Assembly: GCA_038147155.1 (NCBI GenBank)
Contig: JAYQTA010000002.1
Coordinates: forward strand, 259,595-323,594
From: Candidatus Australimonas brisbanensis
Lineage (GTDB): Bacteria > Chloroflexota > Dehalococcoidia > Lucifugimonadales > Australimonadaceae
Reading direction: 5' to 3'
DNA: 64,000 bases
Made by a program: the position numbers and the translations under genes. This document shows positions 55,398 through 62,556 of this stretch, one piece after another. The notes below the pieces were generated by a model. It had not been told where the DNA came from. It saw nothing but the letters and a program-made list of their open reading frames with translations, and made no database searches. Position 1 is the stretch's first letter. The number at the start of each line of letters is the position of its first letter.

Positions 55398-56243
55398 ATG
55401 CACGTCGGCATCCAATTCCCCTCGCAGACCATCGGCAACGACCCGGCGGCGGTGCGCGGGTTCGCCGTGGCGGCAGAGCAGGCCGGTTTCCACCATCTCT
55501 CCTACGGGGAACACATCGTCTGGGCCGTCCCTGGTGAGGGTGACGCACGCTCCACCAACACCCACCACGACGTGCTGACCACCGCCGCCTACCACGCGGC
55601 GGTCACCACCCGCATCCAGCTCTTCCCCGCGCTGTTGGTGCTTCCCCAGCGCCAGGCGCAGCTGGCCGCCAAGCAGTGCGCCGAGGTGGACCTGCTCTCC
55701 GGCGGGCGGCTGCGCGTGGGCGTGGGCGTGGGAAGCCTGGTGCCGGAGTACGCCGCCATGGGCGCGGATTTCCGCACGCGCGGGCGATTCATCGAGGAGC
55801 AGATAGCCGTGATGCGCGCGCTCTGGTCCAGCGATTGGGCCACCTTCGCGGGCGAGTACCACCACATCGAGGGAGCGAGCCTGGGCATCACTCCCGTGCA
55901 GCGGCCCATCCCCGTGTGGCTGGGCGGCGGGAGCGATGCGGTGCTGGAGCGCATCGGCCGCATGGGTGATGGGTGGATAGCCACCGCGCGCCCCGGCGAC
56001 ATCGGCGCGCGCGTCGGACGCATCCGCGCTGCCGCCGAGCAGGCCGGGCGCGACCCCGCGTCCATCGGCATCCAAGGGCGCATCTTCCTGGAGAACAAGT
56101 CCCCGGCCCAGTGGCGCGAGGAGGTGGACGCCTGGCGGGCGGTCGGCGCGAGCCACATCGACGTACGCGACGGGGGCCTGGAGCCCGATGCGCACATCGC
56201 CCAGGCCGTGGCGTTCATGCGGGAGACCGGCCTGGGTGGGTAG
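55398..56243 (+). CDS. LLM-class F420-dependent oxidoreductase (paralog of 11918..12769)
   Basis: LVLPQRQAQLAAKQCAEVDLLSGGRLRVGVGVG, PIPVWLGG. AGGAGG SD. Confidence 0.85.
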   Translation: MHVGIQFPSQTIGNDPAAVRGFAVAAEQAGFHHLSYGEHIVWAVPGEGDARSTNTHHDVLTTAAYHAAVTTRIQLFPALLVLPQRQAQLAAKQCAEVDLLSGGRLRVGVGVGSLVPEYAAMGADFRTRGRFIEEQIAVMRALWSSDWATFAGEYHHIEGASLGITPVQRPIPVWLGGGSDAVLERIGRMGDGWIATARPGDIGARVGRIRAAAEQAGRDPASIGIQGRIFLENKSPAQWREEVDAWRAVGASHIDVRDGGLEPDAHIAQAVAFMRETGLGG

Positions 56244-56249
56244 GGGGCA

Positions 56250-57005
56250 TCAGGCCGCCTGGGCCTGGGTCATCAGGTAGGCGACCACCACGCTGACTCG
56301 AGGGTGCCCCTCGCCAGTGTGCTCCGGTAGCTTGGTGTAGATGCCGTTGATGTGCCGCTCCACGGTCTTCAACTCGAGGCACAGCCGCGTGGCGGTACCC
56401 CCGTTGGTGAGCCCGCAGGCCATCAGGCCCAGCACCTCACGCTCACGCGGGGAGAGCCGGGTGCCGAAGGTGCCCTGTGGCTCGGCGCCACCGTCCACCA
56501 GTTGGCCCAGCATCAGCGGGGCCAGCACCACGCGCCCGCCGCGCACGTCCTCAACGGTGCGCACCAGGTCGATGGCAGACCGGATGGTCGCGCGGGTCAG
56601 GGCCGCCACCCCACCACCGGGGTGCGGTGCCAATTCACGAATCGCCCGCATGGCCGAGGGCTCGATCTGCCCCGCGATCACCACCAGCGCCGCCTCGGGC
56701 CAGGCCTCCCGCACCGTCGCGACCAGTTCGGCCGCAGGGCCGGAGAAGCTCGGCGCCTCCACCACAACCACATCACGCGGCTCCAGCCGCATGGCGCCCA
56801 TGACCGTGCGCCAGGTGGCCAGCCCCGCGGCGTGAGCCACCGTCAGCCGCTCGGAGCCCCGCAGGGCCAGCGCGCAACCGGCGCGGAAGATCTCGTCGTC
56901 GGAGAAGAGGACGACACCGGCGCGCCCCACCGCCTCATCGGCGGCCCTCTCCAGCAGTGCTGCGAATACATCGTCAGAACGCAGAGAAGCGTTGAGCGTC
57001 ACCAT
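56250..57005 (-). CDS. LuxR-family regulator with a pseudo-receiver N-terminal domain
   Basis: C-terminal LSPREREVLGLMACGLTNGGTATRLCLELKTVERHINGIYTKL. The receiver-like N-terminus has VVVVEAP where the phospho-Asp is expected. Confidence 0.8.
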   Translation of the reverse strand: MVTLNASLRSDDVFAALLERAADEAVGRAGVVLFSDDEIFRAGCALALRGSERLTVAHAAGLATWRTVMGAMRLEPRDVVVVEAPSFSGPAAELVATVREAWPEAALVVIAGQIEPSAMRAIRELAPHPGGGVAALTRATIRSAIDLVRTVEDVRGGRVVLAPLMLGQLVDGGAEPQGTFGTRLSPREREVLGLMACGLTNGGTATRLCLELKTVERHINGIYTKLPEHTGEGHPRVSVVVAYLMTQAQAA

Positions 57006-57178
57006 GTCATCCCCCCCAGGCTGACTGGTCTACCGGTTGGGTGCTGTCCCCACAGCGTTCCCCCCGGCACAGACAACAATAGCCGGGTACTGGGTGGCAT
57101 GCGTTAAGGAACGGTGAACGTTGCGGATGCAAAAGGTAAAAATACGATTTTCGTCAACGCGGGCGGGGTGCCGGAGGG

Positions 57179-57616
57179 TCAAGCGACGGGTTCGGCCAGG
57201 AACACCGGGATGAGGCGCTCGGTGCGGGTCTGGTACTCGGCATAGGGCGGGTAGGCCTTCACGGCGACCTCCCACAGCCGCTGGCGCTCCGGGCCCTGGG
57301 GCACCTCGCGCACCCGGTAGGCGCGCACCTCGGCCTTATCGCGTATCTCGACGCTGGGGTCGGCCTTCAGGTTGTGGTACCAGACCGGGTGCTTGGGGGC
57401 GCCTCCCTGGGAGGCCACCAGCACGTAGGACTTGCCGTCCTTCACCCGCATCAGCGGTGTCTTGCGAACCGCGCCGGTCCGATTGCCCCGGTTGGTGACG
57501 ATGATGACGGGCAGCCCGGTATCGCGCAGGGTGTTCGCCTCCGCGCCGTTGCTCGCCTCATAGCGCTCCACCTGGGTGGAGACCCACTCCTTGGGGCTGG
57601 GGATGTACTCACTCAT
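57179..57616 (-). CDS. Deazaflavin (F420H2)-dependent nitroreductase family protein (DDN-like)
   Basis: PVIIVTNRGNRTGAVRKTPLM, GGAPKHPVWYHNLKA. Confidence 0.85.
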   Translation of the reverse strand: MSEYIPSPKEWVSTQVERYEASNGAEANTLRDTGLPVIIVTNRGNRTGAVRKTPLMRVKDGKSYVLVASQGGAPKHPVWYHNLKADPSVEIRDKAEVRAYRVREVPQGPERQRLWEVAVKAYPPYAEYQTRTERLIPVFLAEPVA

Positions 57617-57716
57617 GGCGCTCTCCTCTGAAGGGTTGCTGCATTCTAGCGCCGTGGCTCGGCGCGCGCCGCTGGCCTATAGTGAGGGCGCCCGCACCAG
57701 GGCCAGGGAGCGCACG

Positions 57717-58988
57717 ATGCTGACGTCCGAGCAGAACCGCCGACTCACCCAGGTGGGCCCCGGCACGCCCATGGGCGAGTTGCTGCGCCGCTACTGGCAC
57801 CCCTTCGCCGCCGTGGGCGAGCTTGACGCGCGACCAACCAAGGCCGTCACGCTGTTGGGCGAGGAGCTGGTGGCCTATCGTGACGCTTCGGGCACCTACG
57901 GGCTCATCGACCGCTACTGCCCGCACCGGCGCGTGGACCTCTCCTACGGCATCCCGGAGCAGGCGGGCCTGCGCTGCATGTACCACGGCTGGCTGTTCGA
58001 CGAGGCAGGCACGTGCACCGAGCAACCCTTCGAGGAGACCGTCCATCCGGACGGGCGCTTCAAGGAGAAGACGGGGGTCCGGGCCTACCCGGTGCAGACG
58101 TTGGGCGGACTGCTGTTCACCTACATGGGCCCTGAGCCCGCCCCGCTGCTGCCCAACTACGACATGCTGGCCCAACCGGAGCGGGTGTGGCGCGAGCTGT
58201 TCATCACCGAACTGCCATGCTCGTGGCTCCAGTGCCAGGAGAACTCCGTGGACCCGGTGCACCTGGAGTGGCTGCACGGTGTGTTCGGCGCGCACGAGGC
58301 GCGATTGCGCGGGCACCGTGACCCGCTGGCCGAGGCGTTGGCGGAGTACGGGCGGCACAGGGAGATCGGGTTCGACCGGTTCGAGCGCGGCATCATCAAG
58401 CGGCGCGTGTACGGCTCCAGCACTCGGCAGGACCCCAAGTGGTCGGTGGGGCACCCGCTCCTCTTCCCCAACGTGCTTCAGGGCGGCGGCGGCGGGCGCT
58501 ACTTCATGCAGTTCCGCGTCCCCATGGACGATGAACGCACCTGGCACGTGGAACTGACCAGCTACTGGTTCCCTGACGATGTTGACGTGCCCGGGCAGAC
58601 CAGCGTGCCGTATCACCACGTGACGCTCGCCCACCCCGACGGGCGCTTGCGCGGCGACGACACCATGGCCCAGGACAGCACGGCCTGGGTGCTCCAGGGG
58701 CCCATCGTTGACCGCTCGCTCGAGATGCTGGGCGAGTCAGACCGGGGGCTCATCCTCTTCCGGCAGATGCTGGAGGAGCAGATGCGCATCGTCGCCGAGG
58801 GCGGCGAGCCCATGAACCTGGTGCGCGACCCCGCCGCCAACCACCTAATCCACAACGACCAGGAGGGGTGGGGGAGGCTGGGCCACGACTCGGACATCGA
58901 GGAGATCGCTCGCTACGGCAGCGTGCTGCGTGACGGTATCGCGGCCCTGCTGAAGGGCACGGTCAATAGGGGCGCGCACACCGCCTAG
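57717..58988 (+). CDS. Rieske [2Fe-2S] oxygenase (intact paralog of 40975..42240)
   Basis: ATG 57717 lies after GGGAG. CPHRRVDLSYG...CMYHGWLF. Confidence 0.9.
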   Translation: MLTSEQNRRLTQVGPGTPMGELLRRYWHPFAAVGELDARPTKAVTLLGEELVAYRDASGTYGLIDRYCPHRRVDLSYGIPEQAGLRCMYHGWLFDEAGTCTEQPFEETVHPDGRFKEKTGVRAYPVQTLGGLLFTYMGPEPAPLLPNYDMLAQPERVWRELFITELPCSWLQCQENSVDPVHLEWLHGVFGAHEARLRGHRDPLAEALAEYGRHREIGFDRFERGIIKRRVYGSSTRQDPKWSVGHPLLFPNVLQGGGGGRYFMQFRVPMDDERTWHVELTSYWFPDDVDVPGQTSVPYHHVTLAHPDGRLRGDDTMAQDSTAWVLQGPIVDRSLEMLGESDRGLILFRQMLEEQMRIVAEGGEPMNLVRDPAANHLIHNDQEGWGRLGHDSDIEEIARYGSVLRDGIAALLKGTVNRGAHTA

Positions 58989-58994
58989 CCATCG

Positions 58995-59834
58995 CTAGGG
59001 CAGGGTGCTCACCGCGGCGAGCCCGGCGGCGATGGGCGCGGCGACGCCCACCTCCAGCGTCCAGGGCCGCGCAGAGACGGTGCGGTAGCCCATCTTCCCG
59101 CTGGGCTCCTCGGCCGCGATGCGCGCGGCCTCCTGCGCGCTCACGGCGAACACGCCAAGCCCGCCGCCCCAGATGCCGGGGGCCAGCGGTGCGAGTGGCT
59201 CCAGGGGCCCGCAGGACATGAGGCGGGCCGCCATCTCGTTGCTCCGCAGCCATACGAAGTGGTCGAGGCCCGTCTGCGCGTCCTCCTTGGGCCGCGGCGT
59301 GTTCGTCGGCTCCAGGTCCACCAGCATGAGCCGCGCGCCCACCGCCCGCCCCGCCAGTTCATCGCGCGTGAGGCTCACCTGGCCAGGGTTGGGGCTGAAG
59401 CGCGCGCCCGAGGCCTCCAACCGGCGCGAGAGCGCACGACCCACGTAGCAGGCGACGCCCTCGTTCATGGTGTGCGGGCGCACGCTCACCGTTCGCAGGC
59501 GTGCCTGGACGTAGGGATCGGCGGCTGCCGTGGCCTCGGCGTCAACCAGAGAGGAGGCAGCGATGATGCCCAGCGCCGGGACGTTGGCCATGGGCCCCTC
59601 ACCCCCATGCCCCAGCGGGCCATAGCCATACAGGCGCCCCTGCTGTTCCAACTGGTACAGGTGCGCCAGCAGTGCGTGCTCCTGCGCCGGGGTTGGCGCG
59701 GACGCATCGGCCACCGGCTGCGCCTGGAGCAGGTAGAGCTGCGCACGGGCCACGCGAGCGCGCAGCTGCTCACCGGTCAACTCCGTCAGCGGCACATCGT
59801 TGGTGAGCATCCGGGGTGCGTTGGGGCTGGTCAT
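58995..59834 (-). CDS. Tandem YCII-like domain protein
   Basis: Two YciI-like halves (…LAHLYQLEQQGRLYGYGPL… and …HFVWLRSNEMAARLMSCGPLEP…). Its SD (TAGGAGG) contains the stop codon of the upstream MerB-like gene. Confidence 0.7.
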   Translation of the reverse strand: MTSPNAPRMLTNDVPLTELTGEQLRARVARAQLYLLQAQPVADASAPTPAQEHALLAHLYQLEQQGRLYGYGPLGHGGEGPMANVPALGIIAASSLVDAEATAAADPYVQARLRTVSVRPHTMNEGVACYVGRALSRRLEASGARFSPNPGQVSLTRDELAGRAVGARLMLVDLEPTNTPRPKEDAQTGLDHFVWLRSNEMAARLMSCGPLEPLAPLAPGIWGGGLGVFAVSAQEAARIAAEEPSGKMGYRTVSARPWTLEVGVAAPIAAGLAAVSTLP

Positions 59835-59844
59835 GGCAGGCCTC

Positions 59845-60495
59845 CTAAACGGCTTTGAAGTCGCCCCTCGCCCGGCGCGTCATGTACTGGGGGCTGGAGC
59901 GGGCCCTGAATCGCTCTCCGCCGAAGCGCTTGAGCCAGGTGGCCAGCGGCAAAAGGTTCTTCTCGAAGGCGGGGTCGAACCCCTCCCACCGGCGTGCGTG
60001 CTCTTCAGACCTGAAGAGGTTCATGCGCGCTCACTTGTAGGCGAAGTCGCCCGGCGTGCCCAGCTCGGAGTCTGCGTAGCCCACGATCGTCGCGGGCTCC
60101 TGCTCGACCGACTCACCGTCGCGCACCGCGACGTGGATCGGCTCGCCACAGCACAAGCACGCGGTGTCGATGTGGACGGTCTTACCGGGGAAGAGCCAGC
60201 ACACGGCCAGCGCTTCGAGCCCTCACTGGGCGAACCAGCGCTGGTTGCCGTCGATGCTCACCCGATAGGCGTTGGGCAGTGAGGAGAAGGGGGCCAGGGA
60301 GACCAGCACGTCCTGCCCCGGCTCCATCCACCCCGGCAGGCCGGACTCGACCAACTCGTGCAGCAGGCCACGCGCCTGCTCCAGCGGCACGCCCAGCGTG
60401 GAGGCGAGCTCCGTGTAGTGCGGCGCGCGGCCGGTCTCGACGAACGAGCTCATCACCGCGTAGTAGGTCCTATCCAGCAGGTCCAGTTCGCTCAT
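59845..60495 (-). CDS. MerB-like (alkylmercury lyase family) protein with two in-frame UGA codons at the catalytic Cys positions; candidate selenoprotein
   Basis: Single 217-codon frame. ATG 60495 lies 5 nt after GGAGC. TGA at 60225-60223 and 60033-60031. Terminal TAG at 59847-59845. See findings for the alignment to MerB C96/D99/C159. Confidence 0.65.
60001..60018 (-). other. SECIS-like stem-loop 2 (after the second UGA)
   Basis: RNA CUCUUCAG-GU-CUGAAGAG, a perfect 8-nt inverted repeat. Apex CAGGUCUG. The GU lies at +24/+25 from the U of UGA. Confidence 0.6.
60190..60216 (-). other. SECIS-like stem-loop 1 (after the first UGA)
   Basis: RNA GAAGCGCUGGC-CGUGU-GCUGGCUCUUC: 10 pairs (2 G-U) and one C/U mismatch. 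The loop GU lies at +22/+23 counted from the U of UGA. Confidence 0.45.
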
Positions 60496-60572
60496 GACAG
60501 GCTCCGTTCGCGGGGATGCGGCGGGCCGATGGTAAAGCGCCCGTCCGTGGGGCGCAATCGAGAGCGGATGGG

Positions 60573-60612
60573 TTGACAATCGTGTGCGCAGGCTATTTAT
60601 AACCTTCAGGTT
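60573..60612 (+). promoter_or_regulatory. Candidate arsR promoter (TTGACA ... TATTTAT) with a downstream palindrome AACCTtcAGGTT
   Basis: TTGACA at 60573-60578. AT-rich -10 region at 60594-60602. 5-2-5 palindrome at 60601-60612, about 20 nt before GTG 60631. Confidence 0.4.
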
Positions 60613-60630
60613 GATTACCAGGGGTCTCAC

Positions 60631-60981
60631 GTGCCCGCCGACCAACTCTCGCGCACCCTCTCCGCACTGGCCGACCCGACGCGCCGGGCCATGCTGGCGC
60701 GCCTGTCGGCGGGGGAAGCGACGGTGGGCGAACTCGCGGAGCCCTTCTCCATCTCCCAGCCCGCCGTCTCGAAGCACCTGCGGGTGCTGGAGCACGCGGG
60801 GCTGGTCGAACAGGGCAGGCGAGCGCAGTGGCGTCCCTGCCGTCTGCGGGCGGAACCCCTGCGGGAACTTGCCGGTTACCTGGAGCGCTACCGGGCGTTC
60901 TGGGAAGGGAGCCTCGATACGCTCGATGACTATCTCAAGAGCATCGGCGGCGAGGCCCGCCCAGGAGGCAGCGATGAGTGA
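60631..60981 (+). CDS. ArsR/SmtB family transcriptional regulator
   Basis: LSALADPTRRAMLARLSAGEATVGELAEPFSISQPAVSKHLRVLEHAGLV. Confidence 0.85.
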   Translation: MPADQLSRTLSALADPTRRAMLARLSAGEATVGELAEPFSISQPAVSKHLRVLEHAGLVEQGRRAQWRPCRLRAEPLRELAGYLERYRAFWEGSLDTLDDYLKSIGGEARPGGSDE

Positions 60982-61456
60982 GCAGCACACCGGGGAGATC
61001 GTCATCGAGCGCATCTTCGACGCACCGGCAAAGGCCCTCTGGCGGGCCTGGACCGTCCCCGAGGAGTTCGCGCGTTGGTACGGGCCCCAGGGGTTCAGCG
61101 TCCCGGAGTGCCGCATGGACCTGCGCGTGGGCGGCGAGCGCATCTGCTGCATGGCCGCGCCCAACGGCTTCCGCATGTGGATCGGCGGGCTCCTCCAGGA
61201 GGTCACTCCCCACGAGCAGCTGGTGTTCACCGACCAGCCATGCGATGAACACGGGAACCCGGTGCCCCCCTCCCACTACGGCATGCCGGTAGAGGAGTTG
61301 ATGCAGACGTTGGTGGCCATCACATTCGCGCAGAGCGGCGGGCGCACGGCACTAACAGTCCGCCAAAGCGGGTTCACCCCGGAACAGGTCGCCGACGAAC
61401 GAGCGGGCATGGGTTGGAACCAGTCATTGGACAAACTGGCGGCGCTGGTGGGGTGA
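60974..61456 (+). CDS. SRPBCC (AHSA1/START-like) domain protein
   Basis: ATG 60974 lies 5 nt after AGGAGG and overlaps arsR by 8 nt. IVIERIFDAPAKALWRAWTVPEEFARWYGP. Confidence 0.85.
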   Translation: MSEQHTGEIVIERIFDAPAKALWRAWTVPEEFARWYGPQGFSVPECRMDLRVGGERICCMAAPNGFRMWIGGLLQEVTPHEQLVFTDQPCDEHGNPVPPSHYGMPVEELMQTLVAITFAQSGGRTALTVRQSGFTPEQVADERAGMGWNQSLDKLAALVG

Positions 61457-61466
61457 CGGGCTCCCG

Positions 61467-62459
61467 CTAGGTGTCCAGCGTGTCGGCGGGGAAGACCTCC
61501 TCCAGCGAGTAGCGCCGGCTGGTCTGCCCCTGCTCCGCGTACATGTCGAAGGTCAGTTCCCACAGCTCCCGGTTGGCGGCGACTCCGTGGTTCCACACAT
61601 CGCCCAGCTCCGCCCGCTGGTCACGGAACAGCTCACGCGCGTCCAGCACCAGGTTGTAGGAGGAGCCGTCGCCGCGCGCGTCGTTGATGGCGATCTCGCG
61701 GGAGCGCTCGAAGGCATCGTAGATGCGCCGGGAGAGGCCGGGGTTGGCGCGGTGCAGCTTGCCACCCATGACCATGATGTGGGTGGGCGTGACGAACCCG
61801 TGCTCTTTGCGCAGGTCACGGTGCATCTGCCGATAGTTGGGGAAGAGGCGCTTGACGATGTTCGGGCTGCCCTCCAGGACATCCCAGGCGTCCGGATCGA
61901 TGATGTCGCCCGAACAGGCGTCAACCTCACCGTCCAGGAGGCGCTTCCACTGGGGCTTGCCGTCGGTGCGGTACTCCACGTCCACGGGCTTGTGCAGCGG
62001 CCAGGGGCCGTCCACGTTGGCGATCCACTTGAAGGTGCTGATGTCCACGTCGTGGAAGCGTGCGAGCATGCCCCGCGCGTAGGTGGTCACCACACCCCAC
62101 ATGGAGGTGGCCCACGTCTTGCCTTCCAGGTCCTTGGGTGTCTCGATGCCCCGGTCGGCCCGCACCCAGATGAGGTTGTAGATGGGCTTGCGCTTGATGA
62201 GGATGGGCAGCGCCACCATGTCCCAGCCGTTATCGATGGCGGGGAGCACGTCGCCGATATTGGTGTCCAGCAGGCCGAAGTCCCCGTTCTTGAACCGGGG
62301 GTTCTCCATCTGCCCCGCCGTCTCCATGGCCCCGGCGAAGGTGAACTCCACCCCCTCCACCGGTGCTCGCCCCTGCACGAAGGGCTGCATGATGTCGTAG
62401 CGGAAGTTGGGCTTGGCCGCCTGGGCCTCCACGTGGATACGCAACGGCTCGGTGGGCAT
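61467..62459 (-). CDS. SsuA/THI5-fold, dihydroxyphthalate decarboxylase-like protein (distant paralog of 19067..20059)
   Basis: ATG 62459 lies 6 nt after AGGAGG. 330 aa, the same length as the paralog. Confidence 0.7.
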   Translation of the reverse strand: MPTEPLRIHVEAQAAKPNFRYDIMQPFVQGRAPVEGVEFTFAGAMETAGQMENPRFKNGDFGLLDTNIGDVLPAIDNGWDMVALPILIKRKPIYNLIWVRADRGIETPKDLEGKTWATSMWGVVTTYARGMLARFHDVDISTFKWIANVDGPWPLHKPVDVEYRTDGKPQWKRLLDGEVDACSGDIIDPDAWDVLEGSPNIVKRLFPNYRQMHRDLRKEHGFVTPTHIMVMGGKLHRANPGLSRRIYDAFERSREIAINDARGDGSSYNLVLDARELFRDQRAELGDVWNHGVAANRELWELTFDMYAEQGQTSRRYSLEEVFPADTLDT

Positions 62460-62556
62460 GACGCGCCTCCTCTCGCCCGCTCCAGCGGACGGCGCGAACA
62501 TGATAGCGCGAATAGGGAGCGGCCCGTTAGACGGGCCGCTCCTCGCCCGCAAGCGC

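Noticed and set aside
57090-57175. AT-rich island (aaaaggtaaaaatacgattttcg) between the DDN gene and the LuxR-family gene as a defined promoter or terminator.
   Set aside because: TTGACG is present on the minus strand, but no acceptable -10 lies at 16-19 nt. The ACGA-aaa-TCGT hairpin is only 4 bp. This is probably a promoter region, but I cannot place its elements.
60031-60225. The two TGA codons of the MerB-like gene as simple nonsense mutations, or as a UGA=Trp/Gly genetic code.
   Set aside because: Alternative codes are excluded because TGA ends many genes here. Simple decay is not fully excluded. It is disfavoured because both stops hit the two catalytic Cys columns, each is followed by a GU-loop hairpin at SECIS distance, and the rest of the 217-codon frame is intact. 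I kept this as a finding with explicit tests.
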